From contig CAZTWC010000001.1 in the NCBI GenBank assembly GCA_964617105.1, positions 1 through 64,000 on the forward strand: a stretch of DNA of 64,000 nucleotides. Direction: 5' to 3'. Each line of letters begins with the position of its first letter. Position 1 is the first letter of the stretch. This document shows, piece by piece, positions 50,809 through 61,800 of this stretch. The stretch is from an uncultured Myxococcia bacterium. GTDB taxonomy: Bacteria > CAZTWC01. The notes beneath the pieces are model-generated. The model did no database searches. It was given only the letters and a program-made list of their open reading frames with translations, and was not told where the DNA came from. Made by a program: the position numbers and the translations under genes.

Positions 50809-51865
50809 AATCCTTCCTCTTTTTCCAGTCCTTACAGTATTTATCACAAATTTTAGTTAATTCCTGCTCTCTCCTTTTGAGTAACTGCTCTCTCTCCTGG
50901 GGATTGGTAGGGAAATTATTTTTCCGTCCTCTTCTTAAGGATGATTTTTTCTCTTTTTGCCTGGCTGTTTTTTGGGGAAAAATTCGATCTGATTTTCCCG
51001 GCTTGAAATCACTCTTCGAACTGACCTTACGCTGTTTTTGTATCCGTTCCAAATATACCTTTTGCGCTTTTGGACAAATACCCAGTTTTTCCAATCCTCT
51101 GGTAAGAATCAGTAAAATCTCCTTTTTCTGCGCTTCCGGCTGCAGATAATATGCACTCTCTGCCAACAAAAGCGCCTCTGAAGGCTGATGGTTAGAGATC
51201 ATCCTTTCGGCTTCAGCCAACAGATCTAATCCGCTTAAAGTTGAATCTCCCTGAAGGGTGGATGTTTTCGATATATTCTCGGATGGAGATGTTTTTTTTA
51301 ATCGTCTGTTTGAGTTGGTGGCGCCTGAACCCCGGACGGGTAAATTGGTTCCTCTGGCCATAAATTGAGATCCATCTTCACCCGGGGATTCTTTGAGGAG
51401 GAAACCGGGATAAGCACGGGGAGTTCGCCATTGCTCCTGCTTAGATGAGACGGGCCACTCTTCTAGTTGATAAGATAGATTATTCAGTGTACGGCTGACC
51501 GTGTACTCATCTATTAGATACAGGAGATAGAGCAAGCAAAGGCAATAGAAAATCGACCACAACACCCCCCAGCGGATCACCAATTTCTCCTCTTCACTCT
51601 CTTCCTCTCCTGGTTCCTCCCGGCCAATTGCCCCGCCGCTTCCTATACTCCCTCCTCCTATGACGCCCCCTTTTATTTTTCTGTCATCTTCCTGTTTAGC
51701 ATGGTAGTTTGCTCTTTTCCTTTTTTTGCTGTCTCTGTTACCGACAAATGGTCGGGGCTGCTCCTTTTTTACAATATCTCTTACCGGATAGGGTTTATCC
51801 TCTTTATCCGGATCCAATTTTTCTTGTAAAATTTTATCCAAATCCTGGTGGGTAATCTTGCTCAT
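50792..51865 (-). CDS. Hypothetical single-pass membrane protein
   Basis: 357 aa; one TM helix; charged low-complexity segments. Confidence 0.55.
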   Translation of the reverse strand: MSKITHQDLDKILQEKLDPDKEDKPYPVRDIVKKEQPRPFVGNRDSKKRKRANYHAKQEDDRKIKGGVIGGGSIGSGGAIGREEPGEEESEEEKLVIRWGVLWSIFYCLCLLYLLYLIDEYTVSRTLNNLSYQLEEWPVSSKQEQWRTPRAYPGFLLKESPGEDGSQFMARGTNLPVRGSGATNSNRRLKKTSPSENISKTSTLQGDSTLSGLDLLAEAERMISNHQPSEALLLAESAYYLQPEAQKKEILLILTRGLEKLGICPKAQKVYLERIQKQRKVSSKSDFKPGKSDRIFPQKTARQKEKKSSLRRGRKNNFPTNPQEREQLLKRREQELTKICDKYCKDWKKRKDFNFPP

Positions 51866-52086
51866 AATCTAATTTTTACACTATTTTTTCAGCATCACAA
51901 GTTTAAAATAGTTGGGGGACGAAAACTTTTAACCACCTATACTTCGACAAAGTGAAATCTCGGACAACAACTACAATCAAAATGCCTTTTTGGAGATGCG
52001 GTTTTCTATTTTTTTTGCTATAGTCAAAAAAATTGTTATACGAACCAATACTATAAAGATTTTATCGATTTATTAAAGGAGATACA

Positions 52087-53502
52087 ATGGCAACCACGGC
52101 GCAGAAAAGTAAATTCTTAACGATGATTATCACCTATTTCAGAGACTTCAAAGTGCTCAAAGAGACCAAATCGGAGTATTGGGGAGTCCAGATAATCAAT
52201 TTTCTAGACTGCACCGCCTATTTTGCCCTGTTAAATGTGGTCACCCTTTTTCTCTCCGAAGATATCGGTTTTAACGATAAAAACGCTGGGTACGTTATCA
52301 CTATTTTTACCTCTGCCACCACCCTATGCCTGTTTGTTTCCGGGCTGACCTCTGATTGGCTGGGGATAAAAAAATCCCTCTATGTGGCCATGGGTGGCAA
52401 CCTGCTGTTGCGATTCGGGGTGGCTTTTTTGGGATTAGCCGGGGATTTTCCTCACCGGGGCCTACTGGTGGCAGCCTGTTTTTTTCTAATGGCTCCCTTT
52501 ATGGCTATGGTGCAGACCGTTTTTCAGGCATCTAACAAACGTTTTACCACCAAGCGTTCACGAGGCGCTGGTTTTAATCTCTGGTATCTGTTTATGAACC
52601 TTGGCGCAATGTCTGGCGGCTTTCTGGTTGATATTATTCGCAAAAGCATGGGGTTGTCCAACTCATACATAATATTGGTGGGTGGAATTACCGGCATACT
52701 CTGTACCCTGACCATCATTTTTATGGTGCGGCGTGAGGAGCAATTGAAAGGCCCGGAGGATGAGGCGGCTGAACCTGAGGTGGAAGCCGAAATAAAAGTG
52801 CGCAAATCACCCATACAGATCGCCAAAGAGGTTTTATCGGAACCCACTTTTTACCGTTTTTTGGTACTCATCGCTTTAACTCTGGGAGTGAGGGCTGTTT
52901 TTACTTACATCTACCTGCTGATGCCAAAATTCTGGATACGGGTAATAGGACCTGATGCCGCCATTGGCTCCTTAAATGCCATCAACCCCTTTCTTATCGT
53001 AATCGGGCTGATACTGTTTATCCCCCTGGCCAATAAATTCAATATCTTCAAGATGCTCACCTATGGTTCGGTAATTTCGGGTCTATCCATCTTTGCTCTG
53101 GTTATTCCATGGCAGTGGATCAGCAACGATATTGTCTACTCCACCTATTTCCTCTCTATTGTTTTAATGGTAATTCTCAGTATCGGCGAGGTGATCTGGT
53201 CGCCAAAACTATCGGAGTACACTGCGGCCATTGCTCCGCGAGGACAGGAGGGAACTTATCTGGGGCTCTCTATGATCCCCTGGTTTTTGGCCAAAACAAT
53301 AGTCAGCGCCGTCTCCGGTCACATGCTGGCTCGCTGGGCGCCTAAAGGGATCGGTGCACAACTGCAGGCCGGGACGGTCTCGTTCTGGGATTCTCCCAGC
53401 GCCATGTGGCTCTATTTGGGCATCGTGGCCGTGGCCGGCCCCTTACTGGCTATCGCCTTTTCCGACTGGCTGACCAAAGGCGCACGCTGGAAAACCGAGT
53501 AG
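52087..53502 (+). CDS. MFS transporter, peptide/POT-like
   Basis: About 12 TM helices; GFNLWYLFMNLG, INP, GEVIWSP..EY...AP.GQEGTY. Confidence 0.88.
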   Translation: MATTAQKSKFLTMIITYFRDFKVLKETKSEYWGVQIINFLDCTAYFALLNVVTLFLSEDIGFNDKNAGYVITIFTSATTLCLFVSGLTSDWLGIKKSLYVAMGGNLLLRFGVAFLGLAGDFPHRGLLVAACFFLMAPFMAMVQTVFQASNKRFTTKRSRGAGFNLWYLFMNLGAMSGGFLVDIIRKSMGLSNSYIILVGGITGILCTLTIIFMVRREEQLKGPEDEAAEPEVEAEIKVRKSPIQIAKEVLSEPTFYRFLVLIALTLGVRAVFTYIYLLMPKFWIRVIGPDAAIGSLNAINPFLIVIGLILFIPLANKFNIFKMLTYGSVISGLSIFALVIPWQWISNDIVYSTYFLSIVLMVILSIGEVIWSPKLSEYTAAIAPRGQEGTYLGLSMIPWFLAKTIVSAVSGHMLARWAPKGIGAQLQAGTVSFWDSPSAMWLYLGIVAVAGPLLAIAFSDWLTKGARWKTE

Positions 53503-53509
53503 GTAGTTT

Positions 53510-55843
53510 CTAGTGCTTTGTACCCGGTTTAAGCAAAGATAGCATAACCGGAGTAAATAAAAGATCCGCCATTAGCGCTACTAAAATAATAATACTGCCT
53601 AAAAGGCCAAAGGTGTTATTGGCGGGAAAACTGGAAAAGATAAAGATTGAAAATCCCGCCACCAACACTATGGAGGTGTTGAGCACTGAGGTTATGGTGT
53701 GAGCAGTAGCCCGTTCGATTGCCTCATAGCAGGCATAGCCCCGGTTTAACTCCTCCAGATAACGAGAGATCAAGTGAATGGTATCGTCAACTGCTATCCC
53801 CAAAGCAATGGTAAAAATCACCGCCGGCGCCGGATCCAGATAGATATTAAACAGGCCAAAACCTCCCAGGCATAAGATTAACGGGAGAATATTGGCAAGA
53901 ATACTAACCAGAGCAATTCTGTAACTCTTAAACACCACCCCAATAGTGACGGTAATTACCAATAGAGCCACAAAAAGGCCCAAAATCAATTCATTGGCTA
54001 AAGTGGCTAAACTGCTGGCCACCACCACCGGTGAACCGGTTACCCCGGCCAGGATATTGGTTGGGGCAAAAATACTATCCAAATCACCTAAAAACGCCCT
54101 TTTAATCTCCAATAATTTTTTGCCCCCCACATCCTGGCAAGTGGCAAGGATTCGGGCCTGGGAAAAATCGTGGCTAACAAAACGGCTCAGCATAGACCCG
54201 CCGCCGCTCTCAAAAAACAGTAAGAGTTGAGCAATAGCATTTTTAGCCTCCGGTATTTTATGATAACCGGCAAATTGATGGTTAAGTTCAGCCACGATTC
54301 CCGCCAGGCTGACGCTGCTTTTCATCCCATATTTGTTGAGCAATAACTCTTCTGCCCGGGCTATTTTGGCCAATATGTCGGGGTCTTGAAAATCCCCCTC
54401 TTTTCCAGCCAAATTGACCTCAAATGAAACCAAACCGGCCAATTTTTCCTCCACCAGGTCATTCCCAAGGGAAACCGGATTTTGGGCTGATAAAAGTTTG
54501 GTGGTATAGTTATTAATCTCTACTTGCTGACAAAAATATAGGCCTATTAGGCTGCTTATCACGCCTAAAATCAATATGAGTTTAGCAGTAGATGGCTTGA
54601 TAATAGCCCGGACAAATAGAAGGATGTATCTATTAATCTTTATTGGCGCTTTGGCGGCGCCTGATTTACTAAAATAGAGACCTACCGGCAAAATGGTGCA
54701 AATCATCAAAAACGAGATGAGCACTCCAATGGCTACAATGGTGCCAAATTGGTGTAAAACATCCATTTTGGCAAATAATAAAGAGGAAAAGCCGATGGCT
54801 GTGGTAAAACTGGTGAGCAAACAGGCGGGAATAATTTTCTTGCCAGACTTAATCACTGCTAATCGATAATCTCTTCCATGCCGGCGCTCCTGGTGATACC
54901 GGCCTAAAAAATGGACAGCATCAGCCACGCCGATTACCATCAATAATATAGGAAAGATACTGGTCAAAGGATTTAAGGTGGCGCCCAACAACCCGATTAT
55001 GCCCAGAGTAGCCGATATGCTAAACAAAATCGCTGTCAAAGGCAAAAACAGAGCCTGCTTTTTTCTAAATTGTCCAAACAGAAAAAAAGCAATCATCACC
55101 AGAGCAATTGGAGTAAGATTTCTCAAATCGTATTTGATGCTCTTTAAGGCTGCCACCCTGATAAAAGGGATTCCAGCAAAATATCTTTTTACCTCCAGAG
55201 GTGACCCTTGTTGGAACGCCAAGATCTGTTGATCTACCAATTTTTCAATCTTTTTGGCTATTGGTTCCAATAATTTTACCTGCCGGTATTTAGGCGGCAT
55301 CCGGCCGGCAATAACCAGTAGTTTGCCATCTTTGGAGATCAAATGCCGGGTAAGCAAAGATCTCTTGACCATGGCCAGGCGGGAGGTAAAATCTCCCCTA
55401 TATTTGGATTTGGAGCCAAAGAGTGTAGACACCAATAGATCGTCGTATTGTTTTAGCATCACCGCTGTATGGGTAATGGAGTCAATACCCGAAATCTCCT
55501 TTTGCCGGTTGAGTAGTTGGCTAAGCGACTGAATAAGTGGAATAATTTGCAGGTTATTTTCTGATAATGGTTTTGTCGTCTCCAGTAGAATAAAAAATCG
55601 GGTTTCATCAGAATCGAATAACTCCTGGTGCTTCTCTAAAAATAGGACTTGTGCACTACCGGAAGGAAAAAAATTGCGGATATCACTGTCAAATTTTACA
55701 TCTTTGGCAAAATAGGTCAAAATCAAAGTAAACGCGATAACCAAAACTGAAATCAAAATCGGGCGCTGGATTATTAAAATGGTGTAATCTTTAAAAACTT
55801 CATTAAAAAAACGGGTTATGGCAGTGCCTCTTGTTTTAGACAT
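53510..55843 (-). CDS. MMPL/RND family transporter
   Basis: Two repeats with IGVADAVHFL and LGIAVDDTIHL; start overlaps the megasynthase stop. Confidence 0.9.
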   Translation of the reverse strand: MSKTRGTAITRFFNEVFKDYTILIIQRPILISVLVIAFTLILTYFAKDVKFDSDIRNFFPSGSAQVLFLEKHQELFDSDETRFFILLETTKPLSENNLQIIPLIQSLSQLLNRQKEISGIDSITHTAVMLKQYDDLLVSTLFGSKSKYRGDFTSRLAMVKRSLLTRHLISKDGKLLVIAGRMPPKYRQVKLLEPIAKKIEKLVDQQILAFQQGSPLEVKRYFAGIPFIRVAALKSIKYDLRNLTPIALVMIAFFLFGQFRKKQALFLPLTAILFSISATLGIIGLLGATLNPLTSIFPILLMVIGVADAVHFLGRYHQERRHGRDYRLAVIKSGKKIIPACLLTSFTTAIGFSSLLFAKMDVLHQFGTIVAIGVLISFLMICTILPVGLYFSKSGAAKAPIKINRYILLFVRAIIKPSTAKLILILGVISSLIGLYFCQQVEINNYTTKLLSAQNPVSLGNDLVEEKLAGLVSFEVNLAGKEGDFQDPDILAKIARAEELLLNKYGMKSSVSLAGIVAELNHQFAGYHKIPEAKNAIAQLLLFFESGGGSMLSRFVSHDFSQARILATCQDVGGKKLLEIKRAFLGDLDSIFAPTNILAGVTGSPVVVASSLATLANELILGLFVALLVITVTIGVVFKSYRIALVSILANILPLILCLGGFGLFNIYLDPAPAVIFTIALGIAVDDTIHLISRYLEELNRGYACYEAIERATAHTITSVLNTSIVLVAGFSIFIFSSFPANNTFGLLGSIIILVALMADLLFTPVMLSLLKPGTKH

Positions 55844-58800
55844 ATGTAACTCCATGGTTTACTGTCTCTTTAACTCTCTCCACAGTTTCGGATGAGATCT
55901 GATAATCGCCAATATGGAGTGGTGACGCCTCAATACCCAGGATGGAGATTTTTTTCCAGTAGTTAAGAGCCACCTGGCCGTCAACCAGACCGTGGATACA
56001 GGAGAGTTCCATATCATCGGCAATAAGCAGCGATTCCATGCGGCAGCCGGCCACTCCCTTTAGATAAGGGGCCAGATTGCTATCCAGAATTTTCTCCAGG
56101 TTAGATTTGCCTGGCAGGTTGCCCATAAAAAATTCCCGTTTGAAATCGCCAACATCCAGCATGCCTCCGCCGCTAATAATCAAATCCTGCTGTTTGGCCA
56201 CCCGATTTTTGGCCATATCCAAGTTGACAATAGAGGGAAATGAGTCATCTACCAGCAACATGCTGGGTTTTAATTGGTCCACCGCTAAAATCTGTCCGCT
56301 AGAAGAGGCTCCAATTAGCAAATCGCACTGATTAACCCTATCGGGGAGGCGATCTTGCACTGGAATTATCTCAATGGGACCGGAATAGAGCGATTTAAAA
56401 GTTCCCAAACCCTTTTCAATATATTTTACCTGCTGCTCCCGCTCAAAAATAGTAATGCTGGCAGGATTGAGGGAAAGATTCAGTAAAAGTTCCATGGTGG
56501 ATCGGCCAATGGAGCCAAATCCAATTACACCAATCTGAAGATTGGAAGGAGACAACTCCAACCGGTCCAACAGGCCTAAAATGGTTTTGGCCATGGCTAC
56601 CACTGTAGAGCCGTGGCCAGTGGTGAGCAGTGGTGCAGACTCTCTGTCCAGTTTATCCTGTCTGGACATATCCAGTGGCATGGAAAGTTGCTCCAACACC
56701 GAAAAACCGTAACCAGTATAAGAGGGCAAAAGTCCGGCCAGAGAAACCACCCGGGCCCCCAGATCCTTAGCTAAGGAGATCCCTTTAACTATATGCCGGA
56801 CTAGAGTCTTTTGCCCCAGTTTAGACAGATGATCGGCAAAAAAGGGCAAAAATATAGAACCTGATACTCCCAGCCGGGTATCAATAGACTCCACCAATTG
56901 CGGCATCTGATCTGAAAAAAACATATCCACCATTTTGGAAGCAGGCAGATGGGACAAGCCCATTTTGGCCAAAATCTGCTGCATCGATTTTTCAGGGGGC
57001 AAATAGCAAATCAGGGCGGCATCAATAGCGGTTTTAAGCCCTTTTTTTGATTTGAGTGGCGTTGATTTCTTCTGCTCCTCCAGTTTCTCAGCCGGCTCAA
57101 CCTCCACAAGGTGATAAACTGCCTGTTTACTCTCCTCCATTATGAGGCGGTGCAGATCCTCCGGCAAACTGGAATGGAGGTTGAATCTAAGTTGATCTCC
57201 AGCCATCACATTGAGAGACAATTGAGTATCTGTAGCGCCCGCGGAATAGTGAAAAACACACTGGTTCCATTCTATTTGGAGTGTCTCACTAACCATGGCT
57301 GGCAAAGAGGTAAAATCCATAAAGGACATGAAGAAATCGGAGCCTGGCGGATAAGGTGAGCCTGGATGCCGCTTGATCTTTTGCGCCATTTGCTCAGAGG
57401 ATAGATCTCCATGCTCCATGGCGCCGGTAAAAGCCTCGGCCACGGCAGCCAAATCCTGGTTAAAATCTTCCCCTTTGATTAAACACCTTATGGGCAAACC
57501 CGCGGTAAAACAGCCAAAAATTCTATTGATATCATCAATGGGCAAATCGCGGCCGCTGGTGGCAATACCCACAATTTGATCGGCAATATCGGCGCGTTTT
57601 TGCAAAATTCTAAACAATAAAGTCAGCATACAGATAAACAGGCTCTGTCTATGGGCTATAGCTAACTGACGCAAAGCCCTGGTCTCGGCCTTCGAAAAAA
57701 TATGAGCAGAGGAGAAACTCCTGGTTCGGGCATCAGGGCCATCTGGGAGGTTATCCTGAAAGTCTGGCGGATATAGAGTTACTTTGGGCCAGGGCTGGGC
57801 ATAGCGCTCCTGCCAATATTGGCTGCTTTCCTTGGAGGCCTGCTGCCGATTTTGCTGATAATAGGAGACCACATCTCTATAGGATGACACCAGTGGAGTA
57901 AGTTGTCCCGAGACCTCTTTTTCTCTCTCTTTATTTAATTTATCATAGAGTTGCAGAAGCTCAGAACCCAAAAGGTGCAGACTCCAGCCATCACCGATTA
58001 TATGGTGCACAGCAATCAGCCAATAGTATTGGTCGTCTTGGGCGCAGATCATCTGCATCTTGAAAAGCGGCCAGGTTTCCGGATCAAATATCTTCTTTTT
58101 CAAGTTAATAAAATACTGTTCAATTATTTCCATTTGTTGTTCAGAAGAATTTCCAGCCATCTGGGGCCGTAAATCAATAAACGGCAAAATCTGGTCTGAA
58201 TCAATACTCTCCATAGCGATAATTTTTTGTTTGGTTTTTACCCCTTCTTTAACAAATATTGCCCTCAGCATGGAATGGCGATCAAGCAACCTGGATAGAA
58301 CCTGCATAAAGAGTGGCCTATCAATTTTGCCTTTAACCGGTATAATGGCACACCATTTAGGGCAACTATCGGGCTTTAGCCTTTGGGAGAGGAGGAATCC
58401 CGCCTGGGAAGGGGTCAAATCAAAACTCTCCTCGGGGTGATGTGCCGGGGGCTCGATTTGAGCCTGATTCTCTATAGATGATTCTTCTCCACTCTCTTTC
58501 TGCCGAGCCAAAAACTCCAGATGTTCTGCCAAAGCAGCAATAGTTCTCTTATTATATAATGTTATGGGACGCGGCAGTACAGGAACCTGCCCCCGCAAAC
58601 GCTGCAACATATCCAGGGCTAAAATGGAATCACCACCCAGGGAGAAAAAATCTTCCTGATCATCTATCTGGGCCAACCCCAGAAGGTCCTGCCAAATAGC
58701 CATCAGTTTCTCTCTAAATGATCGATTTACCCCAGAACTTTTCTGAATTACCGAGGCTATAAATTGCTTGACTAAAGAGTGCCGGTCAATTTTTTGGGCT

Positions 58801-61800
58801 CCGGTCAAAGGAATTTCCGAGACCACCTGGAGGCGGTGGGGGATCATAAAGTCGGGCAGCTGTTTTTGCAAAAAATTCAACAGGTTTTCCGCCAAATCCA
58901 GGCCGGAGTCCGGGGAAACCGGCTCTACAAAAGCCACCAGCCATTGCCGCTTTCCATCCCGATATTCAAGCACCGCTGCTGACCTCACCTGGGCATTAGA
59001 GAGCAAGGTGGCCTCTATTTCGCTCAACTCAACCCGGTTGCCACGAATCTTTACCTGATCATCATTGCGCCCTAAAAAAATCAGGTCGCCTTTGGGGTTC
59101 GCTTTGGCCAGATCACCGGTTTTGTATAACCTGCCCTCAATTCCCGGCACTGAAACAAAAGCGGTTTTGGTCAATTGTTCGTCGGCCAAATAACCGCTGG
59201 CCAGACTCTCTCCCCCCACATAGATCTCCCCAATCTCTCCCGGCGAGCAGAGAACTCCATCTGGATTGATTAAATAGATTTTCGAACCCAGCCTGGCCTT
59301 GCCAATAGGAACCTGGGTCTCATTATCCCGGGGAGGTCCTTTTACCTCGTACCAAATGGCATTGACCACGGTTTCAGTTGAACCGTACAAATTGGCAATC
59401 CGGTGACTGAAACCAAAGCGATCGAGCCAGCGCCGTATTTGTTCTGCCAGTACCTGTTCTCCGCCGATAAGGACCCAACGCAAATGATCCAGGTTTACTT
59501 TCCTCTGCTGGCTATTCAAAATATCAACATAGTCAAGCAGGCTCATCAACAAAGTAGGCACTGAATTCCAGATGGTGATCCGGTTTTGTTCTAAAAAGTT
59601 GACCAACCGGTCAGGATCTCGAGTAATATCTTTACCCACCGGGTAAACTGTGGCTCCGGCTAACAGAGGTGAAAATATCTGCCGGATGGAACCGCCGAAA
59701 CTGATGGAAGAGGTCTGGATAAACCTGTCCTGGGCGGTGATAGAAAAAGCCTGCTGCACCCAATCGTGAAAAATTGAGGCAGCCCGGTGGCTGACCAGGA
59801 CACATTTGGGCTTGCCCGTGGTGCCAGAGGTGTACATGCCATAGGCAATATCTTCCGGAGATACCCGGGGTAAATCGCTCAAATCTTCTGTGGGATAAAT
59901 ATCCAACACCTGGGACCAGGTTAGCAGGGGCTGGTCAATACTGTCGGGTTGTTCCAGACCGTCATTATCCAGCAGTATTATCTGAGTTATCTGGGTATCC
60001 TGGTACAGAGAGGCCATCCGGGTCAATTGACGACCCTGGGTCAAAACCACTTTGACCTCAGAATGGGAGACCATATTGACTATCCTTTGGTCTGGATATT
60101 CCGGGTCTATGGGAGTATAGGTGGCGCCGCTGGCCAAGATAGCCAAAATCCCCACAATAGCCTCCACCCCGGGACTGGCCAGAATCCCTACCATATCTTT
60201 GGGTTTGACACCCTGATCTATCAAAGCCTGAGCCAGGCTTTTGGCCCGTTTTCCCAACTCCTCATAACTAATAGTTTCCTGGGCAGTTACAACGGCCGTA
60301 TCTTCTGGAATCTGCCCGATTTTATCAAAAATACGTTGGTGAATCACCTCTCCGGAAGAGAGTTGCTCGGGTTGAGTCTCCAGAGAAGGTTGAAGGGTGG
60401 ACTGGGATGATAAAAACCGGCCATAGTCACCGATAGAACCCTGGCCCCTGGACTGGATAATCTTTTTCAAAAGATCCTGGTGCTGCCTGGCCAACTGCTG
60501 AATAGTCGTTTTTTTAAACAGCGATTCGGTATAATTCCAGGAGAAGTGTAAACATCCGGAGAACTCCCAGCCGATAAGACCCAATTGGGTAAACCCGGAG
60601 GCAGAACCTCCGCGCATAGATTCCACCTTCAGAGAACCGAAATTGGAAGCAGAAGGAAAATCTGGCCAACTAAGACCGGCAGGAGTAACACCGCGCGGGC
60701 CTTGAGATTTACGATCTCCATAAATACCGGCGATCTCCAGAGAGGAAGTAAGAGGAAAACGCTGGGCCCTGGTAATCTCCTGCTTAACCAACTGAAACAG
60801 ATCTGGCAGGGTTATATCTTTTTCCAGTTTGATCCGCACCGGAAGAGAATCGGCAAAAGATCCCACCACCCTGGTAATATCGGTCACTCTGGCTTCGCGG
60901 CGAGCATTGGCCACCCTGATCACAATATCCTTTTCCCCAGACAATTTGTTTAGCAACAGGAGATAACTGGCAAAAATCAGATGCAAAGAGGAGATACCCA
61001 TCTGGCTAGTCAAAAGAGCCAGGGCGGCTGAAGTCTCTTTATCCAAAATTTGCAGATGGATACTACAGGGACCGGTAGGCTCGGCTAAGGGATCAGAATC
61101 AAAAGGAAGCGCCAGAGCTCCCGGCGGATTCTGCAAAACCTCTTTCCAGTACTGGCGGCTCCTTTCACCATCCTGACTGCGGGCCGAATTCTCGATAGCC
61201 GCCGCACAACTGGTAAAATTGCTCTGCAAAGCCGGTAAAAGATGGTTGCGCCCCTGCTCAAAGCGGCGGTGGATCTCCAAAAGTTCACTCACCATTATTT
61301 GGGCGCTCCAGGCATCGGCGACAATATGGTGAATATTGAACATCAGGCAATATTGGTTGGGGGCCAGGCGGCATAAAATAATCCGGTAAAGAGGCCCCTT
61401 TTCCAGGTCAAATACTCTATTTAAAACCTGCGTCTCCAGGTTATCTAAAAATTGATTTTGCTCTGCACTATCTTTAGTGCACAGATCCAGACTCTCTATT
61501 TCTGGAACGGAAAAACCGCCCTTTCGCTGAATTAACTCTCCCTGTTCCCACAAAAATATATTCTGCAAAACCTGGTGACGTTGAAAGAGTTGTTCATTGG
61601 CCTGCTCCAAATTTTCCAGAGATATGGCGCCGGTTATTTGGATCCGCATAAAGACATAGCAGGGCATATGGGGATAAAAAGATTGGTTGGCAAAAAAAGT
61701 TTTCTGCGCGGGCAACAGGGGCAAGGGGATCTCTTTAACCGGAGATTCCTGGGCCAATTCATTTAAATAGGCTGTCAGTTTTGATACCGTGTCATACTCG

